From Candidatus Heimdallarchaeota archaeon (lineage in GTDB: Archaea; Asgardarchaeota; Heimdallarchaeia; Heimdallarchaeales; Heimdallarchaeaceae), in assembly GCA_016839945.1 (NCBI GenBank), contig JAEOTE010000054.1, forward strand, positions 1 to 37,691: a DNA stretch of 37,691 nucleotides. Direction: 5' to 3'. The notes below the pieces were generated by a model. It ran no database searches, was not told where the DNA came from, and saw only the letters and a program-made list of their open reading frames with translations. Of the stretch, positions 20,297 to 28,810 are shown in pieces (within the stretch, counting starts at the first letter, position 1; each line of letters opens with the position of its first letter). Both the position numbers and the translations under genes were made by a program.

Positions 20297-20309
20297 TCCA
20301 GTCACTAAT

Positions 20310-20657
20310 CTAATGTTTACAACCATCATCTGAGGTTGCTTCTCTTATTTTCCCTTCTTTAAAATCAGATATGACTTTACTGATTTTTCCTTCTGCTCCA
20401 ACAAAGACTCTTAAACCAAGTTGAGCACAAAGGGATATAGCTCTAGCTCCTATCCCTCCACAGATAAGTCCATTACAATGCTTTTCTAGAAATTCTGCAG
20501 GAAGACCTTTTCCTCCAAAATGGTCGCTTTTATTTTCAATAACTTCTATTTCATCAGTTTCTTCATCCCAGATTGTGAAGAATGGTGATCTACCAAAATG
20601 GTAACCTAATTCCTCATCTAAACCTTTTTCCCCTTGTGAGGGTATCGCATATTTCAT
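20310..20657 (-). CDS. NifB/NifX-family (IPR003731) protein
   Basis: 'MKYAIP', 'HFGRSPFF', 'ICGGIGARA'. AGGTGA RBS before ATG 20657. Confidence 0.9.
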   Translation of the reverse strand: MKYAIPSQGEKGLDEELGYHFGRSPFFTIWDEETDEIEVIENKSDHFGGKGLPAEFLEKHCNGLICGGIGARAISLCAQLGLRVFVGAEGKISKVISDFKEGKIREATSDDGCKH

Positions 20658-20665
20658 CTTATCAC

Positions 20666-20995
20666 CTATATTTCTTCTAATTCGTTGTTCTTCCACTTCT
20701 CAATAAGTTCTTTAGCTGAGGTTTTTAATCCATTGTAGATTTTGGTATCGGAACCTTTCAGAACTTTGAATGCGTTAGGACCAACTTCTGGTGCTATTAC
20801 TGCTTTTACATCTAGTGAAACTAGAAATTGAACTGCTTGTATCCCTGCTCCACCTCTAGCTTGTACAGCTGGATTATCAATTATCTCTATTTCTGAAGTT
20901 TCACTATCGAAGATCAGATAATATGAAGATCTACCAAATCTATCAGACATCTGACTTGTTTCACTCTTTTCTACTACTGGTATTGCAATTTTCAT
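20666..20995 (-). CDS. NifB/NifX-family (IPR003731) protein
   Basis: 'MKIAIP', 'RFGRSSYY', 'GGAGIQAVQ', 'GPNAF'. The start was trimmed to ATG 20995. Confidence 0.9.
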   Translation of the reverse strand: MKIAIPVVEKSETSQMSDRFGRSSYYLIFDSETSEIEIIDNPAVQARGGAGIQAVQFLVSLDVKAVIAPEVGPNAFKVLKGSDTKIYNGLKTSAKELIEKWKNNELEEI

Positions 20996-21011
20996 TATTT
21001 CACTTCTTAAT

Positions 21012-21314
21012 TTATACATCGGAATCTTCAGATGGCCAAGACGCAAATTGTAAAGCTTTTCCCTGAAAGATTGCATCTGCAATTTTTTTATGGGCAGTAT
21101 TGAGTTCACGACTAAAAGACGGTTGAGAGATACTCATTTTTTCAGCAGCTTCAGTTTGCTTAATCCCTATATAATCTGCATAATAAATTGCTGTAATCTC
21201 TTCTTTTGTTAAAATTTGAACATCAATGCTTTTCATTGGAACTCCAATGGGTTTGTACACGCTCCCTTCAAAATTAATGCAATTTCGTTTTAATTTGCGT
21301 TTTTGGATCATCAT
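21012..21314 (-). CDS. DUF134 HTH DNA-binding protein
   Basis: 'YKPIGVP', 'EE..AI..AD..G.KQ.EAAEKM.ISQPSF', 'AHKKIADAI..GKAL'. Confidence 0.9.
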   Translation of the reverse strand: MMIQKRKLKRNCINFEGSVYKPIGVPMKSIDVQILTKEEITAIYYADYIGIKQTEAAEKMSISQPSFSRELNTAHKKIADAIFQGKALQFASWPSEDSDV

Positions 21315-21349
21315 ACCTACGTTTTCTTTTACTTAAATAAATGTTTAGG

Positions 21350-21367
21350 TATGAATAATTATTCATA
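21350..21367. promoter_or_regulatory. Perfect 18-bp palindrome TATGAATAATTATTCATA (operator)
   Basis: Read directly from the sequence. It lies just upstream of a TATA-like tract of the DUF134 gene. Confidence 0.7.
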
Positions 21368-21418
21368 ACTTATTGATAAGAATAGCTATTTAGAAGTATG
21401 AAAAAATGCTAATCTATA

Positions 21419-21751
21419 CTAATCAATAATTGTTATATTGATCTGATTGTGCTTGTTAATTGCTTCTGCTAATCTTAATCGAATAGATTTCAGATATCTC
21501 CATACAGATGTTTGAGATATATTCAGCTTTTCTGCTATCTCTTGTTGTGTTAATCCCTCTATATCTGAAAGTTGTAGTATTTGTAATTCAAAGCTAGTTA
21601 ATTCAATAGCAACTTGATCTTTAGTGATTCTGCGATTTATATCTATTGGATAAGAAACAGGTGGTCTCCCTATACCTCTATGATGTCTTCGCCCTCTACC
21701 TCGACCATGTCTTCCTCCTCTTCGGAAACCATATTCATCTGGGTCTGACAT
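21419..21751 (-). CDS. DUF134-like/sigma70-r4-type HTH protein with Arg/Gly/His-rich N-terminus
   Basis: 'RRGGRHGRGRGRRHHRGIGRP' followed by 'LSDIEGLTQQEIAEKLNISQTSVWR'. Confidence 0.8.
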   Translation of the reverse strand: MSDPDEYGFRRGGRHGRGRGRRHHRGIGRPPVSYPIDINRRITKDQVAIELTSFELQILQLSDIEGLTQQEIAEKLNISQTSVWRYLKSIRLRLAEAINKHNQINITIID

Positions 21752-21809
21752 TTTTGGAACCTACACTATTTTGAGAAAAAAAGGAATTAAAAAGGTTTTG
21801 AGTAAGAAT

Positions 21810-22157
21810 CTACTTTGCAGGTTTCCTAAGTGATTCTAGATACTCAATCTCCTCTTTAAGACTTTCAATATGCTTTTTCAGTAAAGATATTTCATAATCA
21901 ATAGCTTCTGGACTTTTAGGAACACCATATGGGTCCCATCTAGCTGATTCAGGTGGTGAAACAAATCCTGTGTCCTTTAGTCTTGATTGATACTCTGGCA
22001 TAGCCCACCAACCTCGCGGAAGATCAGGATACCAATCGCAATTAGGGCTATAACCTCTTCTTCCTCCTCCACCATATCCTCTCCCCCTTCCATATCCTAG
22101 ACCTCTACCATAACTTGGTCCTGGTCCATATCTTCTATTTCTAAACATTGTACTCAC
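21810..22157 (-). CDS. DUF5320-like Gly/Arg-rich protein with C-terminal coiled coil
   Basis: 'GRGLGYGRGRGYGGGGRRG', 'CDWYPDLPRGWWA', C-terminal heptad repeat. It is in the family's usual position next to DUF134/NifB-NifX genes. Confidence 0.7.
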   Translation of the reverse strand: MSTMFRNRRYGPGPSYGRGLGYGRGRGYGGGGRRGYSPNCDWYPDLPRGWWAMPEYQSRLKDTGFVSPPESARWDPYGVPKSPEAIDYEISLLKKHIESLKEEIEYLESLRKPAK

Positions 22158-22161
22158 TTTT

Positions 22162-22229
22162 TGGGTTATTATTCAATATTATTTAAACGTCAGTAAATAT
22201 AAATCTATCTTTTTATGGGTTATAATTCA
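22162..22229. promoter_or_regulatory. Two further copies of the TGRRTWATWATTCA motif flanking a TATA box
   Basis: TGGGTTATTATTCA (22162-22175) and TGGGTTATAATTCA (22216-22229), with a minus-strand TTTATA at about 22198-22203 between them. Confidence 0.6.
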
Positions 22230-22309
22230 ATAAAGAATCTGTCTATAAAAAACAGAAAATGCTTATACAATATTCTCTAGCTTTTCCTTTTTTTTTCTCT
22301 TTTTAGTGG

Positions 22310-23215
22310 TTGATAAAGATTTTAAATGTTTTAAACAATACTATTGTTGTGATTATACTCGAAAGAAGCGATGATTATGACGAGAACTTCGAGATAGATT
22401 TCAATTTAAGGAATCTAGTAAATACAATTCTTATGCATCTCAACTCGTTCTTAGAGTATTTAGCAGATAACCATCCTGATCAATTCCTTCCATATATTAG
22501 AGCTTTAGGGAAGAAACTTTCTGATATCATTAAAAAAGAAGAAGTTTCTGCTGTTGTTTTTTCATTACTCAGGAATTACAGATTAAAACAAAAAGGTAAG
22601 GATTTAGTAATACTAGACTTCTTCCGCTTGTTACAAAGTAAACTTATTGAAGTTATTAAAATCTCACTTAATCTTAACAAATATTACTTTTCCAAACGAG
22701 GGACGAAGTTAAAAATAAAGTTATTTGACAGAACCAAGGGAAGAATCATCCCAAACTATCTGATTGTTGTTGTACTTAAAGACTTCATGCAAAGAGAGGA
22801 AGCCATTGAATTCTATAAGGAATATATTGATTATGTTTATGAAAGCAAAGAAGTAGCTCCCCCTACAATGGAGTATGTGGAAGAGATGGTGGAGTTATTT
22901 GAAAAAGAATACAAACACACACACAATTTTGTTGCTTTTAAACAAGTAGAAGGACAAATTGGAGTGAAAGTAAAAAAATGCATGATTCGAGAGGTTTTAA
23001 GGGATTTTGATGAGAATTATGATAAGGAATTAGCATATTATGCTGTTTGTTATCAAGATTTTCACACAACGAAGAGGATGAATAAGAACTTTAGTTTAAC
23101 AAGAGAAAAAACGGTAATGATTGGAAATTCCTATTGTGATTTTTGTTGGGTAGATAAAAGATATGAGAAAGAAATAAAACATCCTGAAAAAGAATTCTGG
23201 GTGGATTTGGAATAA
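22310..23215 (+). CDS. L-2-amino-thiazoline-4-carboxylic acid hydrolase-like (V4R-related) domain protein
   Basis: C-terminal 'KKC...VCYQDF...LTREKTVMIGNSYCDFCW'. The start is uncertain. Confidence 0.75.
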   Translation: MIKILNVLNNTIVVIILERSDDYDENFEIDFNLRNLVNTILMHLNSFLEYLADNHPDQFLPYIRALGKKLSDIIKKEEVSAVVFSLLRNYRLKQKGKDLVILDFFRLLQSKLIEVIKISLNLNKYYFSKRGTKLKIKLFDRTKGRIIPNYLIVVVLKDFMQREEAIEFYKEYIDYVYESKEVAPPTMEYVEEMVELFEKEYKHTHNFVAFKQVEGQIGVKVKKCMIREVLRDFDENYDKELAYYAVCYQDFHTTKRMNKNFSLTREKTVMIGNSYCDFCWVDKRYEKEIKHPEKEFWVDLE

Positions 23216-23225
23216 GATAATATCT

Positions 23226-24440
23226 TTAGATTATTTTCGTCTTTCTTCCGACCTTTTCAAAGATTTCTAATGCTTGATCAAGTACATCATCTGTCATGGT
23301 TGCCATATATGAAGTTCGAACCAATTCTCTTCCTTCTTGGGTTGCAGGAGCCATAACAGGATTAGTGAAAATTCCTACTGGTTTATGTTTATACAAATCC
23401 ATGAAGAAACTCAAGGTTTTCTTAACCCCTCCAATTATCAATGGAACAATAGGTGTTTCAGAAGGTCCAGTATCATAACCCATATCTGATAAACCATTTC
23501 TCATTTTATCTCCAATTTCAGTTAATCTATTTTTATAAGATTCATCGTTTTCAATTAAATCTAAGATAGCTATTACTGTAGCACAAGTAGCAGGAGGTGG
23601 GCTTGCTGAGAAGATAAAGGATCTAGCTTTATGACGTAGCCAGTTGCAGATTTTCTTATTTGCAGCTATATATCCACCAACTGTTGCAAATGTTTTGGAA
23701 AAGGTTCCCATTGTAACATCTACTCTATCTAAAAGATCAAAGTGAGCTGCAGTACCTTTACCATAAGGACCTATAACGCCTACAGCGTGAGCATCATCAA
23801 CATAAACTCCAGCCTCTCTCTCTTCAGCTAAATCTACAATGGTATCTAGTTTCGCAATCGCTCCTTCCATACTAAATACGCCGTCAGAAACAATCAGAGC
23901 TTTTCCTTTTGGTACTTCTTTAATACATTTTTCAAAGTCTTCCATATCATTATGTTTGTAGATTTTCTTATTCTCTGAATCATTTTTACCTAATCTAATT
24001 CCATCAATAATTGATGCGTGATTACATTGATCAGAAACAACCCACTCATCTTTCTCTGAAAGCAGAGCTGAAAGAGTTCCAAGATTTGCTTGCATTCCAG
24101 TAGAATACACAACACAATCCTCTGTACCAACAAATTTTGCTAATCTCTCTTCTAGCTCTATGTGAATTTCCATAGTACCATTAAGTAATCTTGAACCTGT
24201 TGAGCCAACACCATATTCATCAATTGCCTCTTTTGCTGCTTTCTTCACTTTGGGATGAGAAGTCATTCCAAGATAGTTGTTACTTCCACACATGATTGTT
24301 TCTTTTTTCTCATCCATTATAACAACAGGATTTTGTTCTCCACTGATGGGATGGAAATAAGGGTAATAGCCTTGAGCTTTAGCAATAGTAGGTTCTCCAA
24401 AACGATAATAACGATTGCATTTCTTGAAGAATTTTGACAT
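23226..24440 (-). CDS. PLP-dependent alpha-oxoamine synthase, bacterial serine palmitoyltransferase-like
   Basis: 'GYYPYF', 'GSNNYLG', 'GSRLLNGT', 'NHASIIDG', 'DGVFSMEG', 'DDAH', 'GTFSK', 'FIFSASPPP'. Confidence 0.85.
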   Translation of the reverse strand: MSKFFKKCNRYYRFGEPTIAKAQGYYPYFHPISGEQNPVVIMDEKKETIMCGSNNYLGMTSHPKVKKAAKEAIDEYGVGSTGSRLLNGTMEIHIELEERLAKFVGTEDCVVYSTGMQANLGTLSALLSEKDEWVVSDQCNHASIIDGIRLGKNDSENKKIYKHNDMEDFEKCIKEVPKGKALIVSDGVFSMEGAIAKLDTIVDLAEEREAGVYVDDAHAVGVIGPYGKGTAAHFDLLDRVDVTMGTFSKTFATVGGYIAANKKICNWLRHKARSFIFSASPPPATCATVIAILDLIENDESYKNRLTEIGDKMRNGLSDMGYDTGPSETPIVPLIIGGVKKTLSFFMDLYKHKPVGIFTNPVMAPATQEGRELVRTSYMATMTDDVLDQALEIFEKVGRKTKII

Positions 24441-24460
24441 ATCTATCCACCAAACTTAAC

Positions 24461-24490
24461 ACTAAATATAACAATATGATTATATTTAGT
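24461..24490. promoter_or_regulatory. Inverted repeat ACTAAATATAA-N8-TTATATTTAGT upstream of the SPT-like gene
   Basis: Perfect 11-bp arms, 21-50 bp upstream of the ATG. Confidence 0.55.
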
Positions 24491-24616
24491 TGAAATCAAA
24501 CCAATAATTCTTCTACTTATATTTAAAATGTTTCACGCAAATGAAATAGCTTCGAAACAATTTCAAGGTTTTGGAGTAGTGTTTCTAATTAAAGGAAAAT
24601 AGAAATAAGAAAGTAG

Positions 24617-25093
24617 TTAGTACCCTTTGAGTGTTCTAACTGGACCACTGCATTCTGGGCATTCTCTTTCTCCAGTTCTTACTTCAAATCCACAATACTC
24701 ACAAAATCTAGGTTTTTTAACACCTGAAGATGTATAGTTTGGTGAGAAAGGACCTATTAGATTTTTCCTCATATTAGTAACAGCTGATGAAATGGTTTTC
24801 CTTCTAGAGGTTACAAAAGAAAACAATATAGGCATTCCTAGCAAAGGCAGTGCTCCAGCTACACCAAATAGGATGTAATTACCAATCCATAACTTATCTA
24901 AATCAACACCACCGCCACCGCCAATATCACCAAAAGACATGAAGATAAAAGCGAGTCCTGCTATTACTCCCCCAACTTCTAATAATCCAAATAAAATTAA
25001 AGCGTATTTGAAACCTTTTCCTTTTTTATCTGTAGACTTTGATGTCATTCTAAATATTCTATTCTTTTTAATTTTTAAAGTTTGAGGGTACAT
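24617..25093 (-). CDS. Two-TM membrane protein with C-terminal zinc ribbon
   Basis: Two hydrophobic helices, CEYC...CPEC. Confidence 0.7.
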   Translation of the reverse strand: MYPQTLKIKKNRIFRMTSKSTDKKGKGFKYALILFGLLEVGGVIAGLAFIFMSFGDIGGGGGVDLDKLWIGNYILFGVAGALPLLGMPILFSFVTSRRKTISSAVTNMRKNLIGPFSPNYTSSGVKKPRFCEYCGFEVRTGERECPECSGPVRTLKGY

Positions 25094-25102
25094 GCAATAT
25101 TC

Positions 25103-26308
25103 TCAAGATTTTTGTTCTTTTATAAGAAAAATTCCTGAATTCATGTCAACTTCTTTTTGTAACATCTGAAAAGCAAAAGCTGATGTTGAAAAAGGTATAG
25201 CATCCAAAATTGTTGCAATCCTTGCTAATTCCTCATCAAACATTCGAACATAAACAGTAATATTGGGATATTTTTGTTTCAATGCTTTAGTCAGCATTAT
25301 AGCATCAGAAAGAAATTCTTCTTCATTCCAACAAATGTATACTTGTGAAACATCTTTAAGATTGCAAAAATCCTCTATACTTTCAAGATATTTGACTTCC
25401 TCATTATAAACATGTATAGTCTCAAGATCAAATAAATCAAGATCAATTATAGGATCAATAACATAAATCTCCTTCTTTAATTCCTCTCCGATGTATTGAA
25501 TAATCCTTTTAACGGTAGAATCATTTCCTAAAATTACTACTGAACCATCGATACCTTCAGTCCATTCCTTTATTGATTCCATGATCCAACCTGAGGTTGA
25601 GAAAGTATATGCATCCCATGGTTCTTCTTCCAAATATTCTCGGAAATGTTCGTCAAACATCCTCATAAACAATTTACAGTCTTCATTAAGTTCTCTTGCT
25701 TTCTCAGCAGCAATTAGAGAACTGCGTAGGTTACTTGAAACGCAAAAAACTTCTTTGCATTTCTTAATACCTGATAGCTCTATTATGTCATCACTTGTGT
25801 AATCCCCCACAACTACAGGCTGTCCTAAACTGATCAATTCTTCAACTAAACCCATTTCTTGTTCAACTAAAACATAAGGACGTTTATGTTCCCGTAGAAA
25901 TTCTACGATTCTTTCTCCAAGATGGTTATAACCCAACACAACAGTGTGATTGGACTGACGTTTAGCTAAATCTCTTGCACGATTCACTGGATTAAAACTG
26001 TAATATTCAAGCAAAACTGTAACAATTATACTTAGAATAAGAAGTTCAAATAAAAGAGGAAAAAGGAATCGATAAATTGAATAGAAAATTGATGCAGTTC
26101 CTTCTCTTAACAATAAGGATGTTAGAATAATATTGGAGAAGCTTTTATCAGCTTCAACTACAGAAAAAACAACTAATCCAATTACCCAGAACAAAACAAG
26201 GATTAAAGCAGCAATTAGTAATTGTTTTATTTTTCCTTTTAACAAGAAAAAACTTGCTTTCTTTGAAGTTTTAGTAGAAGAACGTTTAGTGCTTCTAGAT
26301 GCTTGCAT
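25103..26308 (-). CDS. TrkA-N/RCK domain membrane protein (K+ channel-like)
   Basis: Two N-terminal TM helices, 'HTVVLGYNHLG', 'VVVGD', and a second degenerate RCK 'VVILGND'. Confidence 0.75.
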   Translation of the reverse strand: MQASRSTKRSSTKTSKKASFFLLKGKIKQLLIAALILVLFWVIGLVVFSVVEADKSFSNIILTSLLLREGTASIFYSIYRFLFPLLFELLILSIIVTVLLEYYSFNPVNRARDLAKRQSNHTVVLGYNHLGERIVEFLREHKRPYVLVEQEMGLVEELISLGQPVVVGDYTSDDIIELSGIKKCKEVFCVSSNLRSSLIAAEKARELNEDCKLFMRMFDEHFREYLEEEPWDAYTFSTSGWIMESIKEWTEGIDGSVVILGNDSTVKRIIQYIGEELKKEIYVIDPIIDLDLFDLETIHVYNEEVKYLESIEDFCNLKDVSQVYICWNEEEFLSDAIMLTKALKQKYPNITVYVRMFDEELARIATILDAIPFSTSAFAFQMLQKEVDMNSGIFLIKEQKS

Positions 26309-26366
26309 GTATAAAAAATGAATCTATAAGATAAAAATCTTTGTTCGAGAATTCAATCTACTAAAG

Positions 26367-26762
26367 TTAGCCTTCTTCCTCAAATTCAAGAGAAACAGAA
26401 TTTATACAGTATCTTAATCCTGTAGGTTTTGGTCCATCATCAAAAACATGTCCAAGATGTCCGCTACAGTTTTTGCAGAGAACTTCTGTTCTAACCATAC
26501 CATGTGATGTATCTTGTTGTTCCTCAATATTTTCATCTTTTTCTGGAGAATGAAAACTAGGCCAACCACACCCAGAATCAAATTTAGTTTCTGAAGTGAA
26601 TAAAAGAGCTCCACAACCTGCACATTTGTATGAACCTTTTTCTTTATGATTCCAAAACTTTCCTGTAAAAGCTGGTTCAGTACCCTTTAATCTTAAAATC
26701 TGGTATTGTTCGTCTGATAATTCTTCTTTCCATTCTTTTTCTGATTTCTTGGGTAAGTTCAT
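26367..26762 (-). CDS. msrB: Peptide-methionine (R)-S-oxide reductase
   Basis: 'GTEPAF', '[11 protein letters not shown]', '[11 protein letters not shown]', 'RYCINS'. Confidence 0.97.
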   Translation of the reverse strand: MNLPKKSEKEWKEELSDEQYQILRLKGTEPAFTGKFWNHKEKGSYKCAGCGALLFTSETKFDSGCGWPSFHSPEKDENIEEQQDTSHGMVRTEVLCKNCSGHLGHVFDDGPKPTGLRYCINSVSLEFEEEG

Positions 26763-26826
26763 GTGATTAACAATTAATAAAGAGGATAAATAAAACTAAT
26801 TCTTTAACAAAAATCCTTTACATATT

Positions 26827-27096
26827 TCAAGCATCAATTTTCTCGATTTCCCAAATAAGTCTAACCTCTGGATCTGGGCATTCAATGTGTTTTACATCAG
26901 ATAACCAATCTGACTCTTCATCATGTTTTCGTTGGATACCTGACAAGAAAGGTAGTAATGTTGATAATGACCAAATACAAATTTTTTCTCCTTCTGGAAC
27001 AAATAATGCATCACCGTCTATAATGAAATTATCACCAATTTCGTGAATAGGACATTTCCCAAGCATACTAGTTACACTAACTTTGAGTTTGTACAT
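26827..27096 (-). CDS. TIGR04076-like small Cys protein
   Basis: 'GKCPIHEIGD.F', 'ICIWSL..LLP', 'CPDP'. Confidence 0.75.
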   Translation of the reverse strand: MYKLKVSVTSMLGKCPIHEIGDNFIIDGDALFVPEGEKICIWSLSTLLPFLSGIQRKHDEESDWLSDVKHIECPDPEVRLIWEIEKIDA

Positions 27097-27240
27097 TTGA
27101 TATTCCTCGTTTACTTGTCAAGTAATATTATAAGCTTAAGTGATTGAAGAATTTTTCTGAAAAACAATGATTTATTACCTTCTCTCATAATTACCTTTAT
27201 TTTGCAAATAATTATATAGTCCAAACAACCATAATCCTAA

Positions 27241-27783
27241 ATGAATGCGAAAGATGATGATGTAAAAGGATACAAAAGAAGTATTCATGAAAGTCGAAAA
27301 GATATAGCTGGAGAACATAAACTATCAGATTTGGGACAATTGTTTTTTCTAATTACATTTTTGATAATCTGGGGATTGGATTCATTTTATTTCAGATTTT
27401 CCACTTTTTTAGCAGATTATGGGTATATCTACATTAGAGCTCCAATAGCCGCTATTTTGTTCATAATAGCTGGATTTTTAGCTTACAAAGGTTTAAAACA
27501 AGTATTCAATGAAGTAAGAGATTCTCCTGCAGTTATAAAAACTGGTGTATTTGCATATTCAAGACACCCAATATATTTTGGCTCCATTCTTGTTTATGTT
27601 GGATGGATTCTATTAACAATGTCCCTGATTTCTTTGGGTTATTGGGTGATTATCGTCATATTCTATGAATATATTGCTACATATGAAGAGAAACTACTTT
27701 TGAAACAATTTGGGAAAGAATATGAAGATTATAAAAAACAAGTACCAAAATGGATACCAGGAACGAAATTTAAGAAGAAATAA
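27241..27783 (+). CDS. Isoprenylcysteine carboxyl methyltransferase/PEMT family membrane protein
   Basis: 'TGVFAYSRHPIYFG', 'EEKLL..QFGKEY..Y...VPKWIP'. Confidence 0.88.
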   Translation: MNAKDDDVKGYKRSIHESRKDIAGEHKLSDLGQLFFLITFLIIWGLDSFYFRFSTFLADYGYIYIRAPIAAILFIIAGFLAYKGLKQVFNEVRDSPAVIKTGVFAYSRHPIYFGSILVYVGWILLTMSLISLGYWVIIVIFYEYIATYEEKLLLKQFGKEYEDYKKQVPKWIPGTKFKKK

Positions 27784-27819
27784 AGATTTTCAGATATAAT
27801 AAATAATAGAAAAATTTCG

Positions 27820-27960
27820 GAAAGGTTAGTAAATTACTGCATGTCCATGGTAGAAGGCAATGTTCTTTTTCTCAACCTTTCTTACTTCATGATTGTAAAT
27901 CCACTCATTTTGATTTTCTGGTTCTTCTTGTTTGACTTTGTTTGTCAATTTTTTCACCTA
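27820..27960. repeat. Imperfect direct repeat, copy 1 (partner 29930-30070, offset 2110 bp)
   Basis: Ungapped alignment by eye. Similarity runs from just past the stop codon to the RBS of the microprotein. Confidence 0.9.
27826..27948 (-). CDS. Unannotated 40-aa microprotein, copy 1 (MTNKVKQEEPENQNEWIYNHEVRKVEKKNIAFYHGHAVIY)
   Basis: AGGTGA RBS then TTG start (alternative in-frame GTG at 27957), TAA stop, T-rich tail. 33/40 identical to copy 2, with many synonymous changes. Confidence 0.75.
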   Translation of the reverse strand: MTNKVKQEEPENQNEWIYNHEVRKVEKKNIAFYHGHAVIY

Positions 27961-27974
27961 TGTATACCTTAACT

Positions 27975-28021
27975 GGTCACATATTTTGAAGCTGGTGAGA
28001 AAAAGTGACCAAAAGGTGACC
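27975..28021. promoter_or_regulatory. Cluster of GGTCAC/GTGACC boxes upstream of microprotein copy 1
   Basis: GGTCAC 27975-80, GTGAG 27995-99, GTGACC 28005-10, GTGACC 28016-21. Confidence 0.45.
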
Positions 28022-28037
28022 AAGAAACAAACTAATT

Positions 28038-28448
28038 CTAAATTTTATGTGATAATTCCCATTTCTTAAGAATTATATCTGCCATCCCTCTAATTATCTC
28101 TGCTTCATCTTCTTCAATTACATTACATGCTTGATCGTCTGGTAAGAGTTTGCATATTTCAGAAGTTAACTCACTAATTAGTTCTTTAACAATATTAGGA
28201 GATATTCCATCTCCAACTTCTTTTATTAAAACAACTGCAAAGCAATTTGTGGCTTCTAGATAAACTTCACTGCTCTTTGTAGTAAATTGTTCTGGTTCCC
28301 CTATATCTACCTCAACAAGGAAATTTCTGATTGCTACAATTAATCCAGAAAAAAGAATAGCATCTGCAAGTTTGTCTGTTCCAGATACTGGATCATAATA
28401 ATAAACTGGAACACCACCTGGAGAGATAATATAGAGAGACTTAATCAT
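28038..28448 (-). CDS. Longin/roadblock-like domain protein (eukaryotic signature type)
   Basis: 'IKSLYIISPGGVPVYYY' beta hairpin, then helix 'AILFSGLIVAIRNFLVEV', the pattern typical of Asgard longins. Confidence 0.7.
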   Translation of the reverse strand: MIKSLYIISPGGVPVYYYDPVSGTDKLADAILFSGLIVAIRNFLVEVDIGEPEQFTTKSSEVYLEATNCFAVVLIKEVGDGISPNIVKELISELTSEICKLLPDDQACNVIEEDEAEIIRGMADIILKKWELSHKI

Positions 28449-28517
28449 CAGTTCTTAAAACTAATATCATTTTTTATATCTTTTCATAGGTTTTGAAAAG
28501 AGAAGGTAATTGGATGA

Positions 28518-28745
28518 TTAATAAAACCAATTAAAAACAAAGAGAAAACAAGAAGTAAGAGCAAGAACGATTGCAGAAACTAGCATGGTTAAAGCTAATT
28601 TAAACAGATATCTTCTGTATTCCTCTTTTTTATCAGTTTTAAAATACCTACTGATTCTTATTGGTAGAATTATAACTAGTGTAATAACAGCTAAAGAAGA
28701 AAAAGTAAATGATAATATGACAATCTGACCTACTATATCAAGCAA
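28518..28745 (-). CDS. Small two-TM hypothetical protein
   Basis: 75 aa, two hydrophobic helices around a basic loop. Confidence 0.5.
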   Translation of the reverse strand: MLDIVGQIVILSFTFSSLAVITLVIILPIRISRYFKTDKKEEYRRYLFKLALTMLVSAIVLALTSCFLFVFNWFY

Positions 28746-28810
28746 ATAAATCGTGTTAGATTCTCATTTATATTTATTAATTTTTACCCCATCAAGGATT
28801 TTTAATATAC

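Noticed and set aside
20310-20995. Nitrogen fixation genes
   Set aside because: NifB/NifX-family domains here sit in the common non-nif DUF134/COG1149 context, with no nifHDK.
26367-26762. Selenocysteine or stop-codon readthrough in msrB or other genes
   Set aside because: The catalytic Cys is encoded normally (RYCINS). I saw no gene interrupted by an in-frame TGA.
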